Assembly: GCA_043228905.1 (NCBI GenBank)
Contig: JBHGNT010000015.1
Location: 5,890,001-5,954,000 of the forward strand
DNA length: 64,000 nucleotides
Source: Azolla caroliniana
Lineage: Eukaryota; Plantae; Polypodiophyta
Direction of reading: 5' to 3'
Shown here: one piece after another, positions 49,601 to 64,000 of the stretch
How the letters are laid out: the number at the start of each line of letters is the position of its first letter
Position numbering within the stretch: the first letter of the stretch is position 1
The notes under the pieces: generated by a model
Told to the model about the DNA's origin: nothing
The model's database searches: none
The model's input: the letters and a program-made list of their open reading frames with translations, nothing else
Made by a program: the position numbers and the translations under genes

Positions 49601-50265
49601 TGTTCCAATTTCACTACCAATAATTGATGAGGCACCATCAATGGCTAATCTAATCAACTTGTTCATGTTGAGGCATCGATCGCCTAATATGTTTAATATA
49701 TTTTTCATATATAGTTCTACCTTTACCATTGGGAATTTTCAACAAATCCATATATTCAATTTCCTTAGGCCCACAACCGCCGCATTGCAAGTATGTAATA
49801 TACACAATGAGGTGCAACTCTAATCCATTGTCAGTACTTTCATCTAGCATCAAAGAGTAGATGGGGAATTTATTAGGTTTGAGCTTTGAATTTCTAGAAG
49901 ATATTTCCCAAAGGCAACCAAAAATTCATATCCTCCATATCTACTAGTATAGGATATATAACCATGTTGCTTAGGCATATTAGGCACCTCTAGTAGCACA
50001 CCCAATTCACATAATTCTTGGTATGTAACGATAGCCTATTATACTATATGCCATAGCCTATGAATTGTAATTTGTAACTACTAATATATGTACAATTGTT
50101 TTGGACTTAGCAAAATTTGACGGTATTAACAAAATTTAAACCTTCATTTTTACGTTTTTATAAAATATATGCCCGTTAAGATTGACAGTTTCATTTTTAA
50201 ATTAACCTTCATATACGGTTAAATTTGCCAAAAATGGTCAAAACGACCGTCCAAAGGCAACATTG
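46688..50265 (-). mobile_element. Degenerate hAT DNA transposon (ZNF862-like transposase remnant)
   Basis: TIRs CAGTGTTGCCTTTTGACGG / CAATGTTGCCTTTGGACGG. 8-bp TSD AGTCCAAC/AGTCTAAC. Fragments LDESTD, DGASS and hAT dimerisation motif IPSSTVSCERGFSKQNLIK. Confidence 0.88.
47530..49026 (+). mobile_element. Non-coding LTR element (TRIM-like) inserted in the hAT transposase
   Basis: Direct repeats 47530-47773 and 48783-49026 (TG...CA). PBS TGGTGGAGATGC, PPT GCAGGGGGGAAA, ATAT flanks. Three internal repeats of about 107 bp (48123-48430). Confidence 0.88.
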
Positions 50266-50810
50266 AGTCTAACCATACTATATAAGCACATGCTCTTCTC
50301 CTTTTCAATTAACAATTCCGATTCAATGTAAGTCTTTACCTTATTCATGCAATTTTATTCGTCTTCCAATACACTTACATTCTCTTTGATTTCCCATTTG
50401 TTTTTGTATTCCATTATTTGTTTTATGCCCACATAATGCAGGTGAGGGCAGTTTCCTAATATTTACAGAACATAGCAATGTAGGGTGCGTGCTGCTAAAG
50501 TGTCTAAAAGCTGTTGACCCCAACTCATTACACATTTTCAATGGTTCACTGCCACCTATAGTATGCGAAACTTCCATTGGTGTCTGCCGGTTTATGAAGA
50601 TCATCCCTTTTTTTACAAACATCATTTACTCAAGCATAACATCTAAGGGTGATGAACAAGTAGAGATATACAAACTAATTTTATTGCCATAAGAAGATGG
50701 ACAACAAAATAGAGAAGTTTTAGACCCTAAAGATGAAGATGAAAGAAAAACACCTATAAATGAGTTGAACTATAGGTAGATGATATTCCATTAGATTTGG
50801 AATTGTAAAA

Positions 50811-53800
50811 GTTAATATGTAGAAGTTTTCACAAACCGGTTTATTCGGATATCAACATAAAATAGAGAATGAAGGTTTAATGGAAGCTTAAGAACAGAGA
50901 ATACACAAGAGAGACAGAGAGAGTAGAAAGCATAAACTCAATTCAAAATAACGACACTCTGTACATAGGACGTGCTTAGTGAACACTCTTTATACAAGTT
51001 CACAAGGGACTGACAGAAGTACTATGTACTTCAATTCTCATACGACTGGTTGGCACTAACTACGAGGACCATGACTACCTAGGAGTCTAGAAGCGTAGAC
51101 CTCTAAATGGTGTACCGGTACACACGTGGGTCCGGCTCTCCGATCCAGCTCTTGGTTCTGGATACTATCCGGACACTGATCCGGATATGATCCAACTCTG
51201 GCTTATCCAACCGATCCGGATCCAGTTTAGCTTGCTCGCTTAACACTTGCCCTCAAGCTCAACTTGGGGTCGGATCGTGGTGTTAGTGTCTGGAGTAGCC
51301 GGTTCTTTCATTAGGCTCCTTTTGGCATCCTCCCGCCTCGCTCACACTCCTCATCCAGTCCGGTTCCTTCTTCCATGACCCGTCCGGTTCTGCGCTCATT
51401 GACCTCCTTGGTCCACTTGTTTGCTCAACATGCCCATCTCAGCTCCTTCACTACTGCGAATCCGGCGCCATCTTCGCTGCCCTCTAGTTCTCTTGGCCTT
51501 CAACAGATTCGACTCTTCCGAATCAAATTCTTGAATTGAATCGGTTGTCTTCGATTCGTTCAAGCTCTTGTCCAAGTTGGTAATCTCCAACTCGTGTTTT
51601 GTTTTTAGGCCCTTCACAACATCGGACCATGTCCGGGTCTTGGCCTTCTTCTTCCGGTCAACTCTGTCTCTCTTGACTCTCCTGCTGTCGTCGCTTTCCC
51701 AAACTTGTCCGAATGTGCCGACTCCTTCGGTCAACTCGGCTTCCTTTTTATTCTTGTCTCCCCCTATCGTGGTTCTCTCTTTCTCTCCGACTCCTTGTTC
51801 GATGCCATTACTTGTCTCCATTCTCCCCCTCAAGTGTCGCCCATCGAGATGCTGGAGACCGAGCATCACTGAGAAATGCTACAACTTGTCCGATCTGAGC
51901 GGCTTGGTGAAGATGTCGGCAACCTGTTGAGACGTGTGAACATACCGAAGTTCAACTTCACCGCTTAGGACCCACTCACGCACAAAGTGATAATGTATTT
52001 CTATGTGCTTTGTCTTAGCATGAAATACAGGGTTCTTGGCGAGTTGTATGTTGCTTACGTTGTCACAATAGATCAGGATCGGGGTTGGTATCTCGATCCG
52101 GACGTCTTGCAGCAACTGCTGAAGCCATATAACTTGACAGGTGGCAATGGTATCGCCCCGATACTCAACTTTCATGCTCGACAGAGCTACGGTTGGCTGC
52201 TTTTTTGTGCTCCATGCAACAGCCGCACTACCAAGAGAAAACATGTATCTGGAGGTGGACCGATGATCCGATGCATCACTAGCCTAGTCGGCATTTGTAT
52301 ATCCGACTAGCTATTTAGCTATACCGTGTCGGTATAACATGTCATGAACACATGACCATTATGGCGTCACCCGAACTTGAACCTCGAACCTTGTAATCTA
52401 AAAACCTCAACCATTAAGATAGCTTATTGTTATATGAAACAATAAAAGCTACTTCTTGTATTACATTGATTATTGTAAAAACTCTAGATTATTCTCGAAT
52501 GTTCTAGAATGTCCTAGCATTCTAGGTCTAGAACATTCTAGAACATTCTAGAAATCTCTAAGCTATTCTATAGGAACCTATAAATAAGGGCATACATGTA
52601 TTCTCAAATCAATTCGAATCAACACCAGTCTTTAGCTCTCATTACATATCTTGTATCCATTCTCTTTCTTTCTCTATCTTATACATCCATTCTTCTCTTA
52701 GTATTTGGTTCCTTTCTTTTCGTGTTCTCTAATATCCTTCTTCCATCACTCTATCTTTTATCCTTGGTTTTGACAGTTTGATTCGAATTCTCACTCACTC
52801 TCTCTCTCTTATCCTCCTTTGTAACCATCTTGAAACCATGGCTGCCTTTAACTTAGAAGAATATCTCACCCTTGTTGCAGAAATGGAGAACCTTAAATCC
52901 AAGTTCGCATCTCTTGAAGTAGAGAATCAACGACTACTTGGGAATCTACAAAAGGTTACTATAGAGAAGCAACAACAACAAGAGGAGTTCACGCGACGAG
53001 TGCAACAGTTAGAGTCGACAATCGTAGTGTTACAACAACAAAGGGTTGAAGGTCAGGGACTTATCAAGGAGCCCAAAATTAGCCTCCCAGCTAAATTTGA
53101 TGGGTCGAGGGCGCATTTCCGAGGTTTTTTTAATCAAGTACGGTTGGTGATTCAAATGCATCCCGCGCATTATCCAACAGATGCATCACGAGTCGGGCTA
53201 GTGGGCACCTTATTGACTGGCATAGCGTTGTCGTGGTTTGCTCCATTGCTAGAGACCAATTCTCCTCTACTGAATAATTTTGAGGAATTTATCAAGGAGT
53301 TTAAGGCTTGTTTTGGAGATACTGATGGGGCGAGAACAACTATCAACAAGATTCGTACACTTCGTCAAGGTGATCAACCAGCTTCGACATATGCTGCCAA
53401 TTTCCGTCTCATCGCAAGTGATATTCCTTGGGATGAACAAGCCCTAATGGAGCAATTCTGTTGAGGCCTTCGTAGTGATGTCAAAGACTTCTTACCTTCC
53501 TCAAGGATCTAAGGTCACTTACAGAAGCTATTAGTCGAGCAATATGGTGTGATAATCGCCTTTTTGAGCGTCGATGTGAGTGACAACAACAAATAACAAG
53601 ATCAAGATTCACACCAACTTATGCATCAGTAACAACGCAATCATCCCCAAGGCAAATGTATAGCCCTGCTCCAACTCCAAGGCAAACACGTAGTCCAATT
53701 CCAATGGATAGTCCTGCACCCATGGAGATCGATATGACTCAACGATGAGGACCGTTGTCAGACGAAGAGAAGCAACCATCTGTGCTTATATTGCGGAGGT

Positions 53801-56800
53801 TCAGGACATATAGCCATTCATTGCTCCCGTAGGCCGAGACGTTAGGTAAATCAAATTCATTATGACAATAAAAATGGGTCCAACATTTTAGAAGCAGTTA
53901 GTGAATCTAATATTATGAATAATCTACCCTTGTCCAATAAATTTGAAGTCCTAAGCCAATTAGAAGAGGAGTCAAACGAATAAGTCCGGCCAAAATAGGA
54001 GCCATTTGGTTGGACAACCCTAGATATGTACAACCTAGTGTGGGTTCCATTTCTTCCAAGCATGTTAGTAGAGTCTTCTCAGCCATAGTACAAGTTAGGA
54101 CACCCAGTTGTCAACTTCAAGTCCAAGCCCTCTTAGATGCTGGAGCCAATTCTTGTTTCTTGGATAGAGATTTTGCCCAAAAACACCAAATATCCTTGCA
54201 TACACTTCCTTGTGCAGTTTCCGTAGTAGTGATTGATGGACGCCCCATAGCTTCGGGGAAGATATTTGAAGAGTCTGAGCCAATACACATACTCTTGGGT
54301 GATTTAGGATGTGTAGTTTCCTTTAACATAATCCGTAGTCCTGAGCATCCAATTGTCCTCGGTTTGCCATGGTTCGAGCTACACAACCCTAGAATCAATT
54401 GGAGGAAGCGAGAAATGAGGTGCCCTTTAGCAGAAAATATCATTGTCAAGGATCGAACTTGGGATTATCCTCCTAAAGTATATAGTTCTATCGATGCACC
54501 ATATCCTTCTCATCAAATTTCAGCCATCACATTACAACAATTGCGCCAAGTGGGAGGCAAGGAGGACCTTTTCTTATTTGTAGTATTAGTGACACCTTCT
54601 AGTGTCACTCAAGGAAATTCAGACATCCAAATTTCCAAAAAATATCAAGACTATGCTAATGTTTTCAACAAAGTCAAAGCTAGTGTTCTTCTAAAGCATC
54701 GGTCGTACGACTGTCCTATTGATCTCCAACCAGGAAAAGAGCCACCGTGGGGTCCGATTTACAATTTATCATCCACTGAGCTTGAGGTTCTTCAAGAATA
54801 CATCGAGGAAAATCTTGCACATGGGTTTATTCGACATTCAAAGTCTCCAGCTGGTGCTCCTATCTTTTTTGTGAAGAAAAAGGACGGCTCCCTTCGTTTG
54901 GTCGTGGACTATCGAGGCTTAAATAAAGTCACCATAAGGAATAGGTATGCTTTACCTTTAATCTCCAATCTCTTAGAACGCATTGGTGGGGCAAAGCATT
55001 TTACCAAAATTGATCTAAGGGGTGCATATAATCTTGTTCGAATTCGGTTGGGAGATGAGTGGAAAACAACATTTCGTACTCGGTATGGTCATTTCGAGTA
55101 TACAGTCATGCCTTTCGGGCTCACAAATGCACCTACAGTATTCCAACATATGGCAAATGACATCTTCTGGGATTTCATGGATATTTTTCTAATCATCTAC
55201 CTAGATGATCTATTGATTTACTCTAAAACACAAGGGGAGCATGATATACATGTGCGGCAAGTACTTGAACGCCTAAGGAAGTATGGTCTTTATGCCAAAT
55301 TTGAGAAATGCAGTTTTGATTGCAAACAAGTCGAATTTTTGGGATACACTATTTCATCGCAACGTGTTTTCATGGACCCGGCAAAAGTCCAAACAATATT
55401 GGAATGGAAACCCCCATGCTCAGTTCAGGATGTCCAGTGTTTCCTCGGATTTGCGAACTTCTATCGCAAATTCATACATAATTATTCAAGCATTGTGTTG
55501 CCCCTTACTCAACTCACCAAGAAAAATCAAGCATTTTTTTGGGGTATCGAAGTGGACAAGGCTTTTACGCAGCTAAAAGAGGCATTCACATCAACACCCA
55601 TCCTAGCACATATTGATCCTAAAAATCCATTTACTATTGAGGCGGATGCATCAGACTTGGTATTGGGGAGTATCCTATTGCAACCAGGCGAGGACGGGCA
55701 GACACATCCAGTCGCGTTTCACTCGAGAAAATTTACTGTTTCGGAGATAAACTATGAGGTGCATGACAAGGAGTTACTAGCTATGGTCGACTCATTCGAG
55801 CAATGGCATCATTTTCTAGAAGGATCACCTCATCAGATTATCATTTATAGTGATCACAAAAATCTCACATATTTTCAAACAGCTCGAGTATTAAATAGAT
55901 GACAAGCTCGGTGGGCCCAATTTCTAACGTGTTTAGATTTCAAGATCATTTTTCGCCCAAGAAAACAACAAGGGAAAGCGGATGCTTTGTCTCGGCGTTC
56001 GTATCTAGCACTTCGACTCGGAGATCTGGCCTTTGACAATCAAAAGCAAACTCTCCTCGGGCCATCAAAGCTACAGGTAACAACAATTTATGCCACGCCA
56101 CTTGATTCTACCTTTCTTGACACTATTCGGCAACAACTTCATTCGGATGATTTTGCTAAGGATGTCTTAGCCCACTATGGTTCAAGTCATCCATCTTGCT
56201 CCACATTGCCAGGGTCATCTCAACATTATCAGAACTTCAAGTGACAAGATGGCTTACTCTTCTACAAGAATCTCCTTTACGTCCCCGACGGATCACCCTG
56301 ACTTCAAGTGTTGGAACATTGTCATGATGCCCCCATGGCTGGAAATTTTGGTATTTCCAAGACCATTGAGCTGGTGAAACGTTCGTTTTGGTGGCCTCAC
56401 TTGCAAAAATTTGTCGAAGATTATGTTCACACTTGTGACACCTGCTGTCGCGCCAAAATACCCCGACATCACCCTTATGGATTACTACAACCATTACCCC
56501 CTCCCAATAAGCCATGACAGTCTATTTCTATGGATTTCATTACGGATCTGCCACCTTCCAAAGGCTTTGATACTATTTTAACAGTAGTGGATCAGTTCAC
56601 CAAGATGGCACATTTTGTACCATGTGTAAAGACCATCAATAGTGAAGAAACTGCAGATCTCATTATGCGTGAAGTGTTTCGCCATCATGGTCTCTCGAAT
56701 GATATTATTAGTGATCGAGGTCCTCAATTTATCTCACACTTTTGGAAGCACTTATGGGTAGGCCTCAAAATCTCTTGCAAACTCTCTTCGGCTTTTCATC

Positions 56801-58190
56801 CACAAACTGACGGACAAACAAAGCGCACAAATCAAACGCTCGAGCAATATCTTTGATGTTTCATTAGTTATCAACAAGATGATTGGAGTAATATTTCTTG
56901 CCGAGTTTGCATACAACAACACGGTCCACTCTTCTACCAAAGTTACACCTTTCTTTGCCTACACCGGCAACCACCCTCGATGGTGTATACTAGATCTTCC
57001 CGAGGTGTCACGAAACCCTAGTGCGGCGCATCACCTCCACCGACTACAACAAATCCAGTTCGAGTTATCGTCACATCGTCAAAAAGCGCAAGCACACCAT
57101 AAGACCAATGCCGATCGACATCGTCTTAAGTCTCTGTTTAAGGTTGGTGACCGTGTATAGTTGCTTCGTCGTCACATCAAGACTACCCGACCGTGTGCTA
57201 AGCTTGACTATCAACGCTTAGGTCCTTTTGTCATCACGGTGGAGATTAATGATGCAACATTTCGTCTTAACCTTCCTGCACATATGCGGCTTCACCCTGT
57301 CTTTCATAGCTCTCTTTTGGAACCTTGTGGCACCTCTTTAATTCCTAATCGTATCGTGCCACCACTGCCTTCTATACAACTTGTGGACGGCCCCGAATAC
57401 GAGGTAGCTGCTATTCTCGATTCTAAGATTGTGCGCAATAAGCTTTATTATCTAGTTGATTGGCTTGGCTATCCTCCGACCGAGTGATCGCACTTGGGAA
57501 CCTATCGATAACGTTTGTAATGCTGAAGCTCTGGTCAACGACTTCCATCATCACTATCCAAACAAGCCCGGCCCAACAATGTTAACGCCGACTTCCACTC
57601 GGTGTTCTCGAAGGAGGGATAGTGTCATGAACACATGATCATTATGGCGTCACCCGGACTTGAACCTCGAACCTTGTAATCTATACTTGAAAACCTCAAC
57701 CAACTAACAGCTGGGACTTCACTCGGCCGATTTCATTGAGCCCGGGTTCGGTGATCACTAGATCATCTACATATAGCAAGATACATACTGGGTTGTCCGG
57801 ACCTTGCCGGATGAACAGTGAAGAGTCGGATTTGGAGGTCGTAGAACCCATCTTACGCAACCGGTGCGTGATTTCCGCATTCCAAGATTGGGGGGCTTGC
57901 TTCAAACCGTAAATCGACTTCTTGAGTTGGCACACTGCCGACTTGTTCATCTCCAACTGAAATCTAGGGGGTTGGACCATATAGACCTATTCTTCAAGAT
58001 TACCTTGATGAAACACATTCTTCACATGCATCTGATGAAGATGCCACCCCCTTGCCGCAACAACCACTAGCACCACACAGATTGTTGTCATCTTCGCTAC
58101 CGGAGAGAAGGTCTCGTCGTAGTTGATTCTGTGGGTCTGCGTGTATCCCTTCGTCACTAATCGAGCCTTGTATCAGTTGACCGAACCGTT
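50811..58190 (-). mobile_element. Copia family E (copy 3), interrupted by a chromovirus and cut at 58190 by gypsy G
   Basis: 3' LTR about 50811-51245; extension ORF 51396-51869; RNase H 51879-52244; RT fragment 57703-58190 (LYVDDLVI, YGLKQAP). Confidence 0.85.
52340..57702 (+). mobile_element. Ty3/gypsy chromovirus (Tcn1/Tf1-like), degenerate, 3' LTR truncated
   Basis: 5' LTR 52340-52775. gag from 52838 (EPKISLPAKFDG), protease LLDAGA, RT YLDDLL, RNase H, integrase MDFITDLP, chromodomain EYEVAAILDSK...YLVDWLGY...TWEP. PPT, then about 80 bp of 3' LTR from 57623. Confidence 0.92.
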
Positions 58191-61100
58191 TGTTGGCCGG
58201 TCAGAAGAGCAAGGACAAGTGGGAAGGCGGAGTCGGATCGGATAATAGGAAGTAAATAATAGTATATTTATTATTCAGAGGGACGGATCCGGTACAGTTG
58301 TACCGATCCGGATCCGGACCGATTCGGATGCCGGTTGCCTAAGCGCACCGATTGTAACCTTGCCGGATGCCTATAAAAGGATCCGATGATTTGTAAATGC
58401 TTTACGGAAGTAATACAATTATACTTATTGCGTGTTTATCTTTGTCTTTGTATTGTTTTACCGTCTGTGCTTAGTGTAATCATCTTACGCGTGTAACCTA
58501 GCATCCAATCCTTACCACCCCTTTGGAGAAGTGTCGGATAGACACCTGTGTTGAGGCTAGTCCGGCCAGGCAGACAACACTATTTTGGCGACCACGATTC
58601 CTGCAAAGTGCAGAGGACAACCGGGGGATGGATGTCTAGACCAAACGACGACCACATCACCGAACGAGGGAGACGATACACCGAACGAGAGCAACGACGG
58701 GAAGCCCTGCAGCAAGCCGTCGACGAGATCCGGCGAGATCGGTCATTCTCCAGAACTCTTCGGAGAGTCGTAGAAGAAGCACTGCAGTTCCGGGTTTTGC
58801 AAGTCCCCGACGAAGGCAGTAGCATAACAAGCCTGCAAGAGGCGGAAACGATACTACAGACGCTCGCCGGTGGCGACGGGGACTCAGAAGCATTCGCAAC
58901 ACTCAAGGCGAAGTCGGAAAGCGACGGAAGCGTTGTGTCCCGGTATAAAAGCAGCCACGACACACCAAACCACCCGGGGGAAGAGGAGTCGGAAGACTCA
59001 GTAACACCGGAGCCAGAGGAAGAAATAACCTTGGAGTTCGGTGACCGGCAATTGCCGAGGGAGGCTGACCGGATACCGACAACACCCGCGAAGGAACTGA
59101 AGGAGCGGATACCGGCACCAACCGCGGAGGAACCGAAGGTTCTCACACCGACGCCAACAACGGACAGAGAGCGGAGAGAGCAGGAGAGTTAGTTGGACGA
59201 CACGATGCCGTACCCATACCCAAAGTACCGGGATGAGCCCGACGCGGAGGCACACGTGTACGCATTCCTCCAAACATGGGAAGCCAACCATGTCTCCCAA
59301 AGACTGACGGAGCCCGAAGCCGAACGATCCAAAGTCGCCGAATTCAGCATGACCTTAGAAGGACCGGTGGCCCGATGGCACGCAAAGCACTTACCGGGCA
59401 GCTTTGCCACATTGGATGCCTTGAAGGCCAAATTCCTCAGGCTTTTTCACAGACAAGTTGAGCAAAGGGAATTGGTCGGGCAGTTCTACACCACCCGGCA
59501 GGAAGAGAACAAGACTGTGCCACAATTCATCATTCGGTTTCAGACCCTGCACAGCCAACTGACGAGAGCACCACCCGAAGACGAAGCCAAAGCAGTCTTT
59601 TTGGCCGCGCTAAAAGAGCCACTTCGAACGATGTGCGGAGTCCTTGATTTCCGCACCAGCACAATGGACCAAGTTATTGATCGGGTCTTAGAAATGGACA
59701 AGACTAGCTCCTTCTTGTCGATGGGGATGTTACACCGGGCACTCCCGAAGGAGGAAGACCTAAGGTTCCGACAGGCCTTACAATGCACAACATGCCTAAA
59801 TTCGGGCCACTCAACGGTAGACTGCAACCTGTGGACACAATGTATGATCTGCAACTCTCGAGCCCATACAACGGACCGATGCGAATATAACCTGTTAAAT
59901 CGGCAGGCGGCACCGGTTCGACACATAGAACCGCGCAATCAGGACCCGGATGAGGATCGATTCCGGAGAGACGACTGTTACCAACGTGAACGCGGTAACA
60001 GATACGCTGATAGAAGACGCGATAACTATGACCGAGAGGAGAAACGCAGAGATAGCTACCCCCGGGACCGGTACGACCGAGACGAATCCTCGGAATACGA
60101 ACGACGCAGAGAAGAGAGGCGAGAAGGGAACCGAAATTTTCAACGGAATCAGAAGCGTGGATTTTTCCGAAGAGAGGAACGTCGGGAGGCAGCAAGGAAT
60201 GACAACCCAGTATCGGTACCGGATAACCGAAAAACCGAAGACGAACGCCAAAGTATACCCACCCCCCAAACCGGGGACAAAGGAGAAACGAGCAACAGTC
60301 ACAAGGTGTACTGTTATTACTGCCGTAAGGAGGGCCATTATAGTAACCAATGCCCAAGCAAAACCAATGACAAGCAGCCGGCAGTCAACATGGTTACAGC
60401 CGAAATAACGGAAGTGCAGCAGGTCACAACCCGGTCAAAGGGGAAGACCGCCGAGTGGGAAGCCCAGGAGGCAATCAGAAAACAAGCGGCGCAATGGATC
60501 AAGGAGGCCAATGAACAGAATGCGGCAGAAGTAAGAGACCAAAATATGCCAAAAGACGAAGAAATCATACAGCCAGGAGAAAACCCGACGTGGCAAGCGC
60601 TCCAGGACTGTCAAATTGTGCTGCCGTTAGCACGGCTACTACAGTTGGTGCCACGGTTTACGGCAGACTTACAGGCATCCGTGAGCAAACCGAAGCCGAC
60701 GCCAGCACCGGCATTCTTCTCCAACCCGGAGGAAGGACCAGCTGTGGTCGATACAAGTAGCCCATCGATCACGGCAATCGTGAAAGGAAAGGAAATTGCC
60801 GGAACAATTATTGATGGAGGCTCCGGGGTAAATGTCATCAGCCGACAGACATGCGACAACCTGGGCATCCGGGAATGGGAACCATGCCCCTTTTGGTTAC
60901 GCATGGCGGATACCAGCTCAGTCCGACCGACCGGGCTTATCCGGGATTTGGAAGTAACGATCGGAGGCCACGTATTCCGGATATCGGCCGTGGTGCTGCA
61001 GCTGAATGTACAAGGCACGTACCCCCTACTGCTAGGACGACCATGGATGCGAACGACGCATATCAAGCAGAACTAGCAAAAGAACATGATCACATTCCGG

Positions 61101-64000
61101 CGAGGGAAAATGAAGGTACGAGTAGCGACGCAACCACGGGTGATCGCCAGTAAGGAAGCAACTCCATTGTATGCGGAAAGCATCAACATGTTGGAGGGAT
61201 TACCAGACGAGGAAGTCGATCGGTACCTCGAGGAACACCCACGAATCGTCCCACTATTTGAGGTGGATATCATGGCGGCAGTAGAACCGTACATCACGAC
61301 GCCGGACGAACCGGACCAAGCGGCGATCCGAGAACTGCGACAAGCGCAGGAATCCCTAGAGAGGGAGATGACGATATCCTAGAGGGTAAAAGCATCCCAA
61401 CTAGAGGAGGTGGACCTCGGCACAACAGACAAGCCCCGACCGGTAAATGTCGCAAAGGAATTGCCGAAGGAAGAAAAGAAGGCAATGGTAGCATTATTAA
61501 TAGACTTCAAGGATGTGTTCGCGTGGTCGTACGAAGACATGCGAGGGCTGGACCCCCCAGCTCTATCAGCACCAAATTCACCTAAGTACGGACGCGAAAC
61601 CGATCGCTCAACGCAGGTACCGGATGAATCCGAATTATGCGGCGAAGGTGAAGGAGGAGATTGATAAGCTCCTCCGGGTCGGATTTATCCGACCGGTCAA
61701 GCAGGCAACCTGGCTGAGTCTGATAGTGGTGGTCCCGAAAAAGAACGGCAAAATCCGGGTATGCGTGGACTACCGGAAACTAAATGCCGCAACGGTGACC
61801 GATGCGTTTCCACTACCATTTACGGACGGGGTGCAAGATGCGGTAGCCGGCCACGAAGTTTACAGCTTCCTGGATGGATTTAGCGGTTACAACCAAATAC
61901 GAATGAACCCGGCCGACCAGGAGAAGACAACGTTCATTACGGAATGGGGAGTGTTCGTCGCGGTCGTGATGATGTTCGGACTAAAGACGGCCCTAGCGAC
62001 CTTTCAAAGGATAATAATGGAAATTTTCGGGGAATATATCCCCGGTTTTATGCAGGTCTTCCTTGACGATTTCGCGGTCTACAGCCGGCACGGAGAGCAT
62101 CTCGATCACCTCCGGCTGTGCTTAGAGAAGTGCCGCGAGTACCGGTTGAGTCTGAACCCGGCCAAGTGCGTCTTTGGAGTGGCAAGCGGCAACTTACTAG
62201 GGCACGTGGGGAGTAAGGAAGGAATCGTGGTAGATCCGGATAAAGTAAAGGCGATTCTCGAGGCACCGGCACCAAATAACGCAAAGGCTTTAAGCCGGTT
62301 CCTGGGCCAAATAAGGTGGCATAGCCGGATGATACGGCACCTCGCAGACTTCGATACACCATTGCATGCCGCCGTACACAGGGTACCCTTCCAATGGGCG
62401 GAGACGGAGGAGAAAGCCTACCAAGCGCTGAAGGTTATGCTGTCGCAAGCTCCGGTGGTGCAACCGCCGGATTGGAGTAAAAGCTTTCACGTCTTTGTCG
62501 ACGCGTCGGACGTAGCAATCGGCAGCGTTCTGATGCAACTCACGGAGCCGAAATGGTACCGGCCGATGTACTACGCAAGCCAGAAACTCTCAAAAGCCGA
62601 ACGGAACTACTCTACGACGGAACGCGAGGCATTAGGAATGGTGTATAGTGTCACAAAGTACAGGCACTATCTACTCGGAAGGAAGTTTTCCTTCCATGTC
62701 AACCATTCGGCACTACTCTACCTGGTCTCGAAGGCATCCCTGACGGGAAAAATTGCACGATGAACACTACTGTTACAGGAATTTGAATTCGACATTTTCC
62801 ACCGACCTGGGGCGCAGCATGCGGTAGCGGACCACCTAAGCAGACTCGAATCCGGAGAAGCAGGGGACGGCGTACAGGATGAGTTCCCCGACGCCGAGTT
62901 GTTCCAGATCACGACGGAACCGGCAACGGATGCAATGGTAGCCGATGAAGACAAGTGGCTAACCGAGATGCATCAGTTCCTGAGCACCGGAGTACCCCCG
63001 GAGAACATGGACCGCGATAAAAGGAAAAGGGTAGCAGTAAGAAGCAGACATTTCTGCTTGGTTGGAGACACCCTCTATCACAAGGGGGCAGATGGCATCT
63101 GGAGACGAGCAGTGCGGAGCGATGAGAAGGATCTAATCCTCAGGGAAGCCCAATGTGGAATTGCCGGCGGGCATTATGCCGGCGACGCAACCGCTCGGAA
63201 AATATGGCAGAGCGGACTGTGGTGGCCCACCACCCTAAAAGATGCCGTGAAGTATAGCAGAGAATGCGATTTGTGTCAACGACTGGGCCAACCCATGGAG
63301 CAGGCCCGGATGCCACACCACCCGGTCTTGCCATTGGAACCGTTTCAAAAGTGGGGTTTGGACTTTGTCGGTTCCTTCAAGCCACCGGCAATGCGAACTG
63401 GAAATCGGTATGTCATAGTGGCGACCGACTATTGCACCAAATGGGTGGAAGCGAAGGCCTTACGGGACAACAGGGCCGCGTCCACGGCAAAGTTCCTGTA
63501 CGAGTGCATATGGTGCTGGTATGGATGCCCGATCGAGCTTATAAGTGAACAAGGAGGACACTTTCTCCGGCAGGTAGTAGAAAGCCTGATGTCATTTTAC
63601 GCGGTGGTACATAAAAGGAGTACTCCCTACTACCCTCAAGCCAATGGACTAGCGGAATCGACGAACAAAACTCTGCAGAACATCCTACGAAAAATCGTCA
63701 ACGAGAACCGGACCGACTGGGATACGAAATTGCAGAGCGCACTATGGGCGTACCGAACAACGTACAAAACTAGCATCCGGACAACCCCGTTCCGACTAGC
63801 ATTCGGCTTAGAAGCGGTCATGCCGGTAGAGTTCCAGATCCCCAGCTTACGGATCCAGGTAAAGGAGCGCTTAAGTGAGAAGGAGTCCGAACGAATCCGG
63901 CTGGCAACGTTGTTGGAATTAGAAGAAAACCGAATAGCCAGCTTACTACAACTCAAACTGGAGCAAAGGAGGAGAAAAGCTTTCGTGGACCGACACTGGC
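58191..64000 (+). mobile_element. Ty3/gypsy retrotransposon G (same lineage as D), runs off the right edge
   Basis: 5' LTR 58191-58579; TGGCGACCAC at 58586. gag with three Cys/His knuckles, protease IIDGGS, RT VFLDDF, RNase H, integrase WGLDFVG. A few stops and a frameshift near 61555. Confidence 0.92.

Overview
Eukaryotic DNA, probably from a non-seed land plant such as a fern (inferred from the transposon lineages and a plant-type GH81 gene). The window is almost entirely nested transposable elements plus one intact host gene, a secreted GH81 endo-beta-1,3-glucanase (40270-42489, minus). Several Ty1/copia and Ty3/gypsy elements, solo LTRs, a TRIM-like element and a hAT element could be delimited by LTR/TIR pairs and target-site duplications (TSDs). 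The main finding is a 12.4-kb TIR DNA transposon (3483-15928) with perfect 32-bp TIRs and a 4-bp TACT TSD. On the plus strand it carries an internally deleted transposase-like gene. On the minus strand it carries an intron-containing gene for a ParB/Srx-like domain fused to a prokaryote-type beta-class DNA amino-methyltransferase (DIPY ... NPYQKP ... DLFSGTGTT). A diverged paralogue of the methyltransferase with the same splice junctions lies at about 36256-36983, so this is a gene family. Both copies here are pseudogenised. All family assignments come from motifs read by eye; no database searches were run.
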